From positions 124,001 through 188,000 of the IMG/VR virus record IMGVR_UViG_3300017528_000567: DNA of 64,000 nucleotides; one strand, written 5' to 3'. The position numbers were made by a program, and so were the translations under genes. Numbering within the stretch: position 1 is the stretch's first letter; each line of letters starts with the position of its first letter. The notes under the pieces were generated by a model, which saw nothing but the letters and a program-made list of their open reading frames with translations, had not been told where the DNA came from and did no database searches. Shown here one piece after another: positions 38,988 to 48,243 of this stretch.

Positions 38988-39896
38988 TCACGCAATGTTG
39001 AGTGTGACAACAACGTCCACGCTCATGTTAGTGCTATACCCGGTGATCCTCAGCGTCTCCATATAGACGCCCGACATCATCCCGGTCGGCGGCGCCACCG
39101 CGACGATAACAGGCTGCATGCCCCCGCTATTGATCGAACCATAGACGGGCGAGACACTCGCAAGCCAAGGTACACCCACCAGGCTGCGAATCTGATAGTC
39201 GAGTACGCTAGTAGACGGCCCGGTGTTGAATAGCGAAATCTGCTGAGACGGGATTGGCGGAAAGACTCCAGTCAACGGCAACCCCACGTAGAACGACAGG
39301 GCCGTGGGCGCCGGGGCGATCGTCGCCTTCGGTCTGACCGTCACCGCGACAGGTATTAACTGCGGACTGTTAGAAGCCGCGCTACTCTGCACAGTCAGCC
39401 CCGCAGTGTATGGGCTCCCGCTTGCAAGCAGGTACGTGCTGTCAACGGACACGTCAAAGCTGCCCGATGCGTTGGCAACCAGCCCGCTCACGTTGGCCGG
39501 CATCGCAATCACGTAAGGAGCCGACGACGTGACCTGGATACTCAGCAGTGACCCCAAGATGCCGTTGTTCGTAACCCGGATCGGCACCGAGGCCGACACC
39601 CCACGGCCCTCATCAACCACAAAGACCAGCGAAGCCGGGTCGAGCAGGATCGACGGTGGGTACGCCAGGAGAACCTGCTGGATCGAATCCGCCATCTCCT
39701 GCACGACTTCGCCGGGGATCGGGATCGAATCCCGCAGCAAGCCGTACGGCGTGATCACGTCCCGGATCTCTGTCTGGACTTGCGCCTTCGAGACATCCAC
39801 ACGCGTAGTCCACCGCCAAGTCCCGCTCGCAAGCGACACCTCGAACTGATAGTCCTGGAACCGGAGTAGGGATTGGATCGCCAAGGAAGCCCTCAA
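38988..39896 (-). CDS. Tandem Ig-like (BACON-type) domain virion protein
   Basis: Two beta-sandwich-like repeats with APYV/VPWL..SP..G patterns. Confidence 0.65.
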   Translation of the reverse strand: MRASLAIQSLLRFQDYQFEVSLASGTWRWTTRVDVSKAQVQTEIRDVITPYGLLRDSIPIPGEVVQEMADSIQQVLLAYPPSILLDPASLVFVVDEGRGVSASVPIRVTNNGILGSLLSIQVTSSAPYVIAMPANVSGLVANASGSFDVSVDSTYLLASGSPYTAGLTVQSSAASNSPQLIPVAVTVRPKATIAPAPTALSFYVGLPLTGVFPPIPSQQISLFNTGPSTSVLDYQIRSLVGVPWLASVSPVYGSINSGGMQPVIVAVAPPTGMMSGVYMETLRITGYSTNMSVDVVVTLNIA

Positions 39897-39954
39897 CTAC
39901 CCCCAGGATACAAAAGGAATCAGGGACCGAGCGGCGCTTCGCTCCACCCCACGT

Positions 39955-40581
39955 CTACAGACAGCGGTCGAGGCCGCGATTGCTCCACTGCGGAAGACTC
40001 ACGGCGCGTAGGATGTTGAACTTCTTTGATGAGATCGAGGTGAAGATCTTTTCGTACGGCCGAAAGAGCTCGTTGTGCGCCGCCGCGATCTTGAGCTTAC
40101 TGACCGCCTTGAAGAAGCGGTGCCGGACGCGCCCCTGGGTTAGCTGGAGGCTGTTGGCAACCTCCGACTGACAGGTGGTCTGCCACATGCCGACCAGGAT
40201 ATCGACGTCGATCTGCTCGAACAGCTCGCAGAGGTCTTCGCGCAGCTCCTCTTCCGTGACAGCGGGGATGGCCAGCAAGAACTTCAGCCGCTGGATCCCC
40301 CTGTCTAGGCGGTAGCTAATCGCCGCTTGCGTCACATCAAAGATCTCAGCGATGTCCGCTTGCCGCTTCTTGCACACATAGTACAGGTAGATCAAATCGG
40401 CTTCGCGCTCAGGGATCCGGTCCAACAGCGGAGCGATCCTTGTCTCATAGTCGCCGCTAGAGAACAACGCGGAGACATCCTCCGACTCGGGCGGCGCCTC
40501 GTCATCTAAGAGCACCGCGGGAGCCGCGAAGCGATTGGCCAACTCGGCGGGGTCGACAGGGATCACATAACCGTTGGACAT
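39955..40581 (-). CDS. Sigma70 region-4-like protein with two tandem HTH units
   Basis: LDRIPEREADLIYLYY..RQADIAEIFDVTQAAISYRL and CQSEVANSLQLTQGRVRHR; no region-2 motif seen; GAGGAGG upstream. Confidence 0.75.
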   Translation of the reverse strand: MSNGYVIPVDPAELANRFAAPAVLLDDEAPPESEDVSALFSSGDYETRIAPLLDRIPEREADLIYLYYVCKKRQADIAEIFDVTQAAISYRLDRGIQRLKFLLAIPAVTEEELREDLCELFEQIDVDILVGMWQTTCQSEVANSLQLTQGRVRHRFFKAVSKLKIAAAHNELFRPYEKIFTSISSKKFNILRAVSLPQWSNRGLDRCL

Positions 40582-40602
40582 GGTGCCTCCTCAAAACGGT
40601 AA

Positions 40603-42309
40603 TCACATGCCCACGTCGGACACGGCTTCGGTGCGTCGTGACGCCTCGAAAAATGCCGTCAAGATTGGGTCCGGACGAATGTTCAGCGCCTTGATCCGTG
40701 CGCGGGCGGCCTCTTGATCTTTGTTTGGTTTGATTTGGCTGAATGGGACGTCGCATAGAGACATGAGCTCTACGTTCAGCAACACCTGCTTCTCACTAGC
40801 CCGAAGGCTCACGGCTTGCGTCTTGCTCAAGCCGGCGAGATTTGACTTGAAGAGACTGCTAACCGTTCCGTACGGCTTCAACGCCTTCGCGGCCGTCTTC
40901 AAGCCAAAGCCCGGCGCACCAGGGATATGGTCAGAAGTGTCCCCACTGATCGCGCGTAGCTGCACCATCGAGCGCGGCGGGACCCCATACTCAGCCTCGA
41001 CGGCAGCGGGATCGTACAACTTCTCTTTGCCGCCGCCCATGGCCGGGCACAGCTGATGCGTGAAGTCGTTGACCACCTGAAGTAGGTCTCGATCAGAGGT
41101 GATGATCAAGTTAGTCGCACCACTAAGCGGGCCTCGCACAAGAGCGGCCATCACGTCGTCAGCCTCCTCTTCAGCATTGAAGGCTTGATGCACACCCAGC
41201 ATTGGCAGAACCTCGCGTAACCAAGCCCAGCCAAAGGAGGGCGTCTCGGACCGTGGGATCCGGTTACCCTTGTACCCCACAAATATCGCTTTTCGACGTT
41301 GAGAGCTACCATCCCAACAAATATAGATAGAACACCGAGGAAATCGCTTGCGGTACGCAGCCACACTGCGCAGAAACCCGACGACCCCTCCAGTGCGTTG
41401 CCCCTGACTATCAGTCAGACCCGAGAGCCCCGGCGCCTCGGAGCACCGGATAAACAGTTGGGTCCCGTCAATGACCACATTTAATCCCGAGCTTTGTTGT
41501 TCCATAGGTGTAACCGGTTCCGAGTTCAGCCGATGTGACAGCGCCTCCAGGGTCCCAAGGGCGCGCGACTTTTCCACAAGGAGCGAGAGGTCTAGTACCG
41601 AGTAGAAAGCGTTGAACCAGCGGTACAGAGACACGCTCCGGTCAACCCAGCCATCTAGGCGGTAGACGGTCTCCGCCCGCTCCTTCAGCCCGTCCAGCTT
41701 ATTAGCCGGCCACTGGGAAACCTTGCGAACCGACTCAACCCAAGCCCCTATGCGCCGGACCCGTTCCCGATACGCCGTATCCGGCGACTTACACTCCAGC
41801 CGAAGGAAAGCTCTTGGCAACGTAACTAGTCGATCGGTCGACCTCAGGTGGATGTGCACCACAACCGAGTCTTGCTCCAGGATCTCCTCACGAACGGTCG
41901 CCTTGATATTCTTGTAGGGGCCGGAGATGATCGTCACCGCATCCCCGACCTCGATGCCTTGGTCCACCTCGACCGTGATCTGAGCTCGCAGAGTCTCGAT
42001 CTGGCCGTTGGTGACGGTCGCCAGCTTCTTCTCTCGCCGATTGCCCGTCACATGATAGAGCGGCGCCTGAACGTACTTCGTTTCTTCTAGCCGCAGATAG
42101 CAGTGGTCCGGATGTCTATGGCGAACGAACGCGTAGCCGTCTACCAGATACTTAAACTCCCGGATGGGTCCGCGTTCGACCACCGAGGCGGGTATGAAAA
42201 CCTCAGCATCCCTGATGTGGTGTCGAATCGAGGCTGCGATTGCAGCCGGGTCCGCACCCTCTGCCTTGGAGGTAAGTTCAAGGACCACCCATTGAATGTC
42301 ACAACTCAT
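40603..42309 (-). CDS. Fusion of NusG-like (NGN+KOW) and 5'-3' exonuclease (FEN/PolI N-terminal) domains
   Basis: N-terminal WVVL..VFIP..DGYAFV and KOW motif VGDAVTIISGPYKNIKATV; C-terminal VIDG, CWDG, YKGNR, EADD, SDRD, GDTSD and GFGLKTA. Confidence 0.88.
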   Translation of the reverse strand: MSCDIQWVVLELTSKAEGADPAAIAASIRHHIRDAEVFIPASVVERGPIREFKYLVDGYAFVRHRHPDHCYLRLEETKYVQAPLYHVTGNRREKKLATVTNGQIETLRAQITVEVDQGIEVGDAVTIISGPYKNIKATVREEILEQDSVVVHIHLRSTDRLVTLPRAFLRLECKSPDTAYRERVRRIGAWVESVRKVSQWPANKLDGLKERAETVYRLDGWVDRSVSLYRWFNAFYSVLDLSLLVEKSRALGTLEALSHRLNSEPVTPMEQQSSGLNVVIDGTQLFIRCSEAPGLSGLTDSQGQRTGGVVGFLRSVAAYRKRFPRCSIYICWDGSSQRRKAIFVGYKGNRIPRSETPSFGWAWLREVLPMLGVHQAFNAEEEADDVMAALVRGPLSGATNLIITSDRDLLQVVNDFTHQLCPAMGGGKEKLYDPAAVEAEYGVPPRSMVQLRAISGDTSDHIPGAPGFGLKTAAKALKPYGTVSSLFKSNLAGLSKTQAVSLRASEKQVLLNVELMSLCDVPFSQIKPNKDQEAARARIKALNIRPDPILTAFFEASRRTEAVSDVGM

Positions 42310-42324
42310 TCTTAGTGATCGGCT

Positions 42325-42331
42325 CTACACC
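42325..42331 (-). promoter_or_regulatory. GGTGTAG element 15 nt upstream of the NusG-exonuclease ATG
   Basis: GGTGTAG-AGCCGATCACTAAGA-ATG. Confidence 0.5.
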
Positions 42332-42336
42332 TGAAC

Positions 42337-43773
42337 CTAAGAATCTGGATTCCAAACTGTTCTTTTTCGATATAGCCGCATTAACTCTCCTCGCCACTCG
42401 GCTGGCTCCAGGAGCTGGTGATTACCCCGTGGCTTGGACTGAGCCGGCGCTGGCGCCTGATTGGCGCGTGAACGGGGCGCCTGTTGCTCAGATACCGTCT
42501 TCTCCATGGCCGAATTGGGCGTCGGGTCTGGAAAGCCAAGCCCAAACTCTGCGCCTACAGGTGCAATCGGCATTGCTCCAGAACCAGTACTTTTACGGGG
42601 CGAGCTCGGCGCGACCGGGGGCAAAGACTCGACAGGAGCTCGCTCTGGAACGGTCTCTTGCGACGGCGGCGGCGCCACTGCAATTTGAGGTGCCTGACTA
42701 GCGAACACCACTGGCGGCGGTGCCATCTCCGGGGGCAAGTTCCTAGCGTTCTGAGAGAAAGCCAGAACGTCTAGCTCTAGAGCTAGACGGGTAACACTGC
42801 GATGCCCCAAAAACCACTTGGCGAATCTGACCACATGGTCCTGATACTTATCGTAGACCTGCTCGGCTAAGGTCTTGTCGACGTAGGCGAGATCGGCATA
42901 CCAGCCATGAGCCATCCGATAGGTGTTCATGGCTGCTTCAGCCAGACCGGCTGCAACCTCATCTGCGGGCGTCGCCTCGCACGCTTGACGAACCAAATCG
43001 ATGGCCTTGAGCGGGTTGTCGAGGCTCAGGAGGATCTGATAGTACAGGGTTACCACAGAGAGATTCAGATACTCTCTGACACTTGCTACGGTGATCGGCC
43101 CGAGCTGCGCCATCATCTCGAGATTGTTGAGCACGTTGCGGACGTGCCCCCCGGCCCGATCGATGATGATCAAGACAGCGTCATCCTCGTGCTGGACCCC
43201 CTGCTCGTTGAGCACCATCTTCATGCGGGGCAACACGTCGTCCCGCGTCACCTTCTTGATCGTGTACTCCTCACACCTTGAGCGTATCGCACCACGGATC
43301 TTTTCCGCCTCCGTGGTGCAGAGCATTGCGACCATCTTCTTTTCTTCGATGGGCTTCAACAGCACATCTTGAGCCGCGTGGTGCATACGCTGGCACTCGT
43401 CGATCAGATAGATCCGCTTCGGGGCGTTTGGGAGCATGTACGGGAGCTCCTCGACCAAGCTCCGCATGCTGTCCGTTGATCCGCTGCTTGCGGCGTCGCG
43501 CTCAGTGAACGCCTCAGACTGCTCTTGCAGGATAGCTTTGCAGCTGTCGCATGCCCCGCACGGCTCGGGGTCGGCCTTGTCCAAATCCTGGCAAAGCATC
43601 GCCATCGCGTGGATACGGCTCAGGGTCGTTTTTCCCTGGCCGTACCCACCCGCGAAGATGTAGCTAGTCTCAAACGCCGTACCCCTACTGATCCGAGTTT
43701 TGAGAAGCCGCACACTGCCGGCCTGACCCAGAACGTCCGAATACTTGCGTGGCCGATACAAAATATCCCACAC
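42337..43773 (-). CDS. dnaX: DNA polymerase III gamma/tau clamp-loader subunit
   Basis: LYRPRKYSDVLGQ, Walker A GYGQGKTT, zinc motif PCGACDSC, DAAS, IDE, IRSRC. Confidence 0.92.
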   Translation of the reverse strand: MWDILYRPRKYSDVLGQAGSVRLLKTRISRGTAFETSYIFAGGYGQGKTTLSRIHAMAMLCQDLDKADPEPCGACDSCKAILQEQSEAFTERDAASSGSTDSMRSLVEELPYMLPNAPKRIYLIDECQRMHHAAQDVLLKPIEEKKMVAMLCTTEAEKIRGAIRSRCEEYTIKKVTRDDVLPRMKMVLNEQGVQHEDDAVLIIIDRAGGHVRNVLNNLEMMAQLGPITVASVREYLNLSVVTLYYQILLSLDNPLKAIDLVRQACEATPADEVAAGLAEAAMNTYRMAHGWYADLAYVDKTLAEQVYDKYQDHVVRFAKWFLGHRSVTRLALELDVLAFSQNARNLPPEMAPPPVVFASQAPQIAVAPPPSQETVPERAPVESLPPVAPSSPRKSTGSGAMPIAPVGAEFGLGFPDPTPNSAMEKTVSEQQAPRSRANQAPAPAQSKPRGNHQLLEPAEWRGELMRLYRKRTVWNPDS

Positions 43774-43790
43774 GGTTCAATCGGCCCTTT

Positions 43791-44276
43791 CTAGGCTTGG
43801 ATCTGTGTCTGCGCAATCGTCTCCACTACCTCCTGTGCGCGAGCCTCAAGGTTCAAGCGCTGCGCGACTTCCACCATGCCGGAAAGCTCGTCCGTCCATG
43901 CGCCATGCCGGTTGAGGATCGACGTGAATTCCTTGACGTCTGCCTCACGCATCACCCACTTCATTGCGCCACTCTTCTCATCCTCGACGCCGGTGCACGA
44001 TTCGAGTAGGTGGTCTACGAGCGCATTACGCTGCCGCTCGGAGAGCTCGTTCCAGCCATCCAGCGCAACCTCCAGCAAGAAGTCCCGCTCCAATAGGAAC
44101 TCGAGTGCCCCTGATATCTTGCGGGCCTTACCGAGCACCGCCCGCCCCGCCTTCTTACCGGCCTTGTCCACGAAGATGTAGACAATGCGCGCTGTCGCGA
44201 GCTCAGGGTGATAGGTTGGGATCAAACGAAGCGCAATCTCTTCTACCGTTTCTGCTGGGCCGTATTCTCTAGCCAT
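43791..44276 (-). CDS. Putative phage metallopeptidase-family protein with degenerate HExxH
   Basis: The family-like pattern ends in ALVDHLLES where HELxH would be expected. Confidence 0.6.
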   Translation of the reverse strand: MAREYGPAETVEEIALRLIPTYHPELATARIVYIFVDKAGKKAGRAVLGKARKISGALEFLLERDFLLEVALDGWNELSERQRNALVDHLLESCTGVEDEKSGAMKWVMREADVKEFTSILNRHGAWTDELSGMVEVAQRLNLEARAQEVVETIAQTQIQA

Positions 44277-44292
44277 CTGAAGTCTCCTATTT

Positions 44293-44982
44293 TCACCCGA
44301 GGGGGTCTTTAGCTCTGGTCAGCTCTTGGATGAACGGGATGAATCGCGAGTCGCCCCATGCTTCCCACAAGTCTCCCGGGTCCTTGACGCTGCCGGGTGT
44401 TGGATACGACACGATATACACCTCGAGCTCACCACCGTGATCTCGCGCGAAGCCCGCACAACCACGGCGACCCGCCGCATCCATGTCATACCCAACCCAA
44501 ACGCGGTCAACGACTCGTTTGAGCAGCCTCGCGAACCTGGGGTTGGCCCGAGCTGTCAGCGTGGCCACCACAGGGGCAAAGGCCCGTTGGATCGGAAATA
44601 GATCGAAGGCGCCTTCAACGATGAACGCTGAACGCGTCTCGCTCATGGGTTTGGCCGCCTGACCAAGCCCAAATAGACAAGCCTCATGCAGATCAGGCAG
44701 ATAGTCCGAATACCCAGACTTCCCCCGCTCGACATTGCGAACCTGGAACCCTTTGACCTCGCCGTGTGCATTGGTCAGCGGAAACAGCAGGACGTCCTTG
44801 GTCTTACCCGCCGCCCAGGCACGGAACTCGTCCGGCACCCCCTCGGGCAACTCGTTGTCCAGATAGCCAATCCCGTATTGGGCCATCTGGGAGTCAGAAA
44901 CTCCGCGGTCAAGCAGTGCGTCTCGGACCCGGTCGTCAACCCGAGTGACCGCATAGCCGACCAAATCATCCATCCAGCTCAT
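44293..44982 (-). CDS. dnaG: DnaG-type primase catalytic core (TOPRIM) without N-terminal zinc domain
   Basis: YGIGY, LLFPLTN..GFQVR, LFGL, IVEGAFD, GYDMDAAG, KDPGD; start at 44982 overlaps the upstream stop. Confidence 0.85.
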   Translation of the reverse strand: MSWMDDLVGYAVTRVDDRVRDALLDRGVSDSQMAQYGIGYLDNELPEGVPDEFRAWAAGKTKDVLLFPLTNAHGEVKGFQVRNVERGKSGYSDYLPDLHEACLFGLGQAAKPMSETRSAFIVEGAFDLFPIQRAFAPVVATLTARANPRFARLLKRVVDRVWVGYDMDAAGRRGCAGFARDHGGELEVYIVSYPTPGSVKDPGDLWEAWGDSRFIPFIQELTRAKDPLG

Positions 44983-45512
44983 GGGGCCACTGCCACAAAG
45001 CAACGGTCCACACGATAGGCAAGCACGCCCACATAGTCCCCAACCCTGGTATGGAGCCCAGCCGCGGAGGGCTCAGCCACCAAGAGCGCGAGCCCATCGG
45101 AGAAGCCCCCGTCCAACACCCTCACGTCACCCGGGCCGCCCCCCAGCCACGGCCCGCCCACCAGGTGATAGGGCTTGACCCCGTGGTCCGACATCACGCG
45201 CAATGCCTCGCCCACGGTAGAGGCTGCAGAGCGCCAGCCGTTCACGTTTGTCCTGTCGAGCAGCACCCGATGGAACTCCTGCAAAAGCGTGCCTTCCTGT
45301 TTCACGGAACACTCCGAAAAGCCGTACCTTGCGTAGCCCGCGCTCGACACCCTGCTCTGTAAGAAGGTCCCGCGAGTCGTTGTAATCAGGAGAGGCTCAA
45401 TCGAGCGGTCCTGAACATCAACCTCGGAAGCGAGAGGCATCGAGTACCCAACTTGGCCGGCGCGCAGCCGATGCCTCTCTGTAATGAAGATCTCAGACAA
45501 TAGGGTGAGCAT
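44979..45512 (-). CDS. Hypothetical protein
   Basis: Start moved to ATG 45512, just after the upstream stop. Confidence 0.6.
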   Translation of the reverse strand: MLTLLSEIFITERHRLRAGQVGYSMPLASEVDVQDRSIEPLLITTTRGTFLQSRVSSAGYARYGFSECSVKQEGTLLQEFHRVLLDRTNVNGWRSAASTVGEALRVMSDHGVKPYHLVGGPWLGGGPGDVRVLDGGFSDGLALLVAEPSAAGLHTRVGDYVGVLAYRVDRCFVAVAP

Positions 45513-45514
45513 CT

Positions 45515-46033
45515 TCACCCCTCGGGGGGTAATAGGGCCGGGGCGGCGCGAACAAGGGGCTCTGGTCGGATTTGCAGTAGGCGAAAAAGAAGCGCCTTCC
45601 ACCATGGCAGCCTAGGGACCATCTCCGACCCAAGAGCCCACAGGAGACCGTAGACCTCTGGCAGGTTCGCGCTGACCCACTCAAGATCGCGGAGCTCCCC
45701 CTTGAACTGTTCCTCTAGCAGCGCCTTGTTAAGGACGGAGGAAAAATATGGACAACGCTTCGCATCGATCGGGTCCTCACAAATAGTCCCCGGCCACGAA
45801 GTAGGGTCCTCCGCACCCAACATACACAACCCGATCACCGGCAAGCTTTTGCCCGCGATACGGTTGTACTGCTCATTTTCCTCGCCAGCGACTTCTTTGC
45901 GGACATCCAGGGGGTGCCGGCGATTATGACGACAGAGGTGCGGGAGTCGAGCGCTAGCCTCCGCAACCCTCCGGTCAACTTCTAGAGTCAACAGGTAGCG
46001 TATTCGGTCTTGGACTTCCAGCTCGGTTCTCAT
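45515..46033 (-). CDS. Hypothetical Cys/His-containing protein
   Basis: CRHN, GLCM, TICE and RCPYF; hydrophobic/basic C-terminus. Confidence 0.65.
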   Translation of the reverse strand: MRTELEVQDRIRYLLTLEVDRRVAEASARLPHLCRHNRRHPLDVRKEVAGEENEQYNRIAGKSLPVIGLCMLGAEDPTSWPGTICEDPIDAKRCPYFSSVLNKALLEEQFKGELRDLEWVSANLPEVYGLLWALGSEMVPRLPWWKALLFRLLQIRPEPLVRAAPALLPPEG

Positions 46034-46698
46034 GACTTGCCCAACCTCTGCAGATCCACATGGGGGAGGCCCTCGGAACCGACACGCTCGGTAGCCCGAT
46101 ATGCAACGTTGGCGTGCTCCAAGAACGCAGGCTTGTGCGTGACCAAGAGAATAGAGAAGCCTGTCTTCTCGGCCAGCCCTTTCAGGAATGCCCCGGTCTG
46201 GTCAATGTAATCATCCGAGACGGCCGCCAAAGTCTCATCGAGCACGAGTAGCGGCCATTTTCCTAGGCGGGTCATGGTTAGGACTTTCAGAATCAGTGAG
46301 GCCACACTGCTCGGCCCACCCCCAAAAGCCTCCAGGGGGTGAGCTCTGATCGACACGCGCTTGTGGTCCTGCCGAAGGTAGAAATCGATGGCCACCTTGT
46401 TGTAGCGCTGCTGGACCTCTGCCTCGAACACCATCGTCTGATCGTCAAAGACTGCTCTCAGGCCCTCCGTGACCACCATTTCAATCGACCTGACATGTGC
46501 CATGACGAGCATGTCCATCAAGGACCGGAACAGCTCGCTCACCTTGGCAAGGACATCGAGCCTACGCGTGAGCTCGCCAACGTCCTTGCTCTTGGCCTCT
46601 CTGTCCTGCAGCAGTCTCCGGCGAAGCGTCTGGTGAGCGACAGCCGCTTGCCGCACTTCGATCAATCGATCCCGGGTGCGAACCTGGTCACTCGACAT
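46030..46698 (-). CDS. SbcC/Rad50 C-terminal half (ABC-ATPase)
   Basis: Signature-like FGGG, Walker B/D-loop LLVLDETLAAVS, H-loop LLVTH; short coiled coil. Confidence 0.85.
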   Translation of the reverse strand: MSSDQVRTRDRLIEVRQAAVAHQTLRRRLLQDREAKSKDVGELTRRLDVLAKVSELFRSLMDMLVMAHVRSIEMVVTEGLRAVFDDQTMVFEAEVQQRYNKVAIDFYLRQDHKRVSIRAHPLEAFGGGPSSVASLILKVLTMTRLGKWPLLVLDETLAAVSDDYIDQTGAFLKGLAEKTGFSILLVTHKPAFLEHANVAYRATERVGSEGLPHVDLQRLGKS

Positions 46699-47942
46699 TC
46701 ATACGCCCCCTTAGGTGGGTACTCCGTGTCTGCTGGCGGGTTATCGCTTAGGCCTCCGACGACCACGCCATCCTCACTCAGCAGGAAGCCATCGATCGTT
46801 CTGAACATGAAACGGTCCTTGGGCCGGCGCTCGTCAGCAGGGATCACCTTGATCCTGAACTCCACCTTGTCGCCGCGAATCCCCTCAAAAAGATGCAGCA
46901 TCTGGTTCACGTTTACGTTCATCGCCAGAGGCTCGGAGACCTTGACCTCGATCTTCTCCGTGGGCACCGGGTCAGAGGACAGCGTGTTGCTCTCCTCCGC
47001 ACTCGATAACCTGATGACCCCCGTAGCTGGATCAAAATGCATGCGGATCTTCGTCTTGGTCTTGTCCTTGTCCTTCGCCAAGCTGTCTCGCATGTACTTG
47101 AGCTGCGACCCGATCTGGTCACGGGCAACCCGGACGACCACCTCATCGGTCTTGGCGTAGTAGCTGAATTTCTTGTACTCGATCGTGTGCCGTGGCCAAC
47201 CGAGCACGTCGCCCCGCCCATTGATCATGTAGACCTTGGTGTCGGTCTGGTACGTCGAGACGTTCCCCGTGGAGCGGCCCAAGAAGGACTCGATCAAGCC
47301 CAGGTGCTGGGCTGGCAAGGACAGGTCCTTGTCCATGAAGGCCGGGCACTGCACGTAACAGATCTCTTTGCTGTTGGACGCGAGCATGTAGCCGTTCGCC
47401 CGTGCGAGCTCGGGGTCAGCGTTGCCAAAGATTCGAATCGTTTTGAAAACGTCCTGGTCAAGCACGTCCCCTGACTTAGGCAAAAAAGACTTTGCCAACC
47501 CGAGCCCGAACTGAAGGATCTTGATCGAGAACTCCTTCGGAGGCACCGACTCCTGCGCAGCGGCGATATCCCTCTCGAACATGTGGGTGCTTCGTGGGTC
47601 AAACGAGACCCGCTCATTAGAGCCCGACTCGCCGAACGTGTACTTGACCTTGCAAGCACCGTTCTCTTCAGTGGCCTTGAAGTTGATCGACCCAGAGATA
47701 TGACCCAACCCCTTGATGGCCTCAGAGGGTAGGATGAAGGCACCTTCGCCAGTTACATCAAAGATCGGGAATGACGAGCGCGCCTCGTGCTTGCCATCTC
47801 GCGAGTACACATCGCAGGTGTCCCGACGAACCATCATGAGATACCCGCCGCCCGTCTGCGGGGTGACTTGGGGGGCAACGATTGAGGCGATCCCGATCGC
47901 CCGGTTCAGAGCCGATGCGTCAACTGTGAATGTGATTTCCAT
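46662..47942 (-). CDS. dnaN: DNA polymerase III beta sliding clamp (divergent)
   Basis: N-terminus MEITFTVDASALNRAI..DVYSRDG..EGAFILP follows the DnaN pattern; late segment AMNVNVNQMLHLF..VEF; clamp-loader genes nearby. Confidence 0.65.
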   Translation of the reverse strand: MEITFTVDASALNRAIGIASIVAPQVTPQTGGGYLMMVRRDTCDVYSRDGKHEARSSFPIFDVTGEGAFILPSEAIKGLGHISGSINFKATEENGACKVKYTFGESGSNERVSFDPRSTHMFERDIAAAQESVPPKEFSIKILQFGLGLAKSFLPKSGDVLDQDVFKTIRIFGNADPELARANGYMLASNSKEICYVQCPAFMDKDLSLPAQHLGLIESFLGRSTGNVSTYQTDTKVYMINGRGDVLGWPRHTIEYKKFSYYAKTDEVVVRVARDQIGSQLKYMRDSLAKDKDKTKTKIRMHFDPATGVIRLSSAEESNTLSSDPVPTEKIEVKVSEPLAMNVNVNQMLHLFEGIRGDKVEFRIKVIPADERRPKDRFMFRTIDGFLLSEDGVVVGGLSDNPPADTEYPPKGAYECRVTRFAPGID

Positions 47943-47956
47943 CTGGGTCTCTCTCG

Positions 47957-48226
47957 TTACTTGATAGATGGGAAGCCTTGCAGAGCGTTCTCAACTTCTG
48001 CCAACTCTGCCTCATGCTTGGCGATCTCTTTCACCAACTCGGCCCGCGCTTGATCGCGAATCTGTGTGATCTGCTTTGGGTCAAACCCGGAGTCACGAAT
48101 CTCCTGTACGATCGCAGAAAGCTCATCCTTGCGCGCCTGTAATTGCCCAGCGGCGGTCGCCTTGCGCTGCATGACTTCGGCGTGGCGGCGCTGCAGAGCC
48201 TCAATACGCTTCTGAATCTCATCCAA
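47957..48226 (-). CDS. Small coiled-coil protein
   Basis: 89 aa, heptad-rich; GAGGTGAG upstream of a TTG start. Confidence 0.65.
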   Translation of the reverse strand: MDEIQKRIEALQRRHAEVMQRKATAAGQLQARKDELSAIVQEIRDSGFDPKQITQIRDQARAELVKEIAKHEAELAEVENALQGFPSIK

Positions 48227-48243
48227 AACTCACCTCACCTAAA

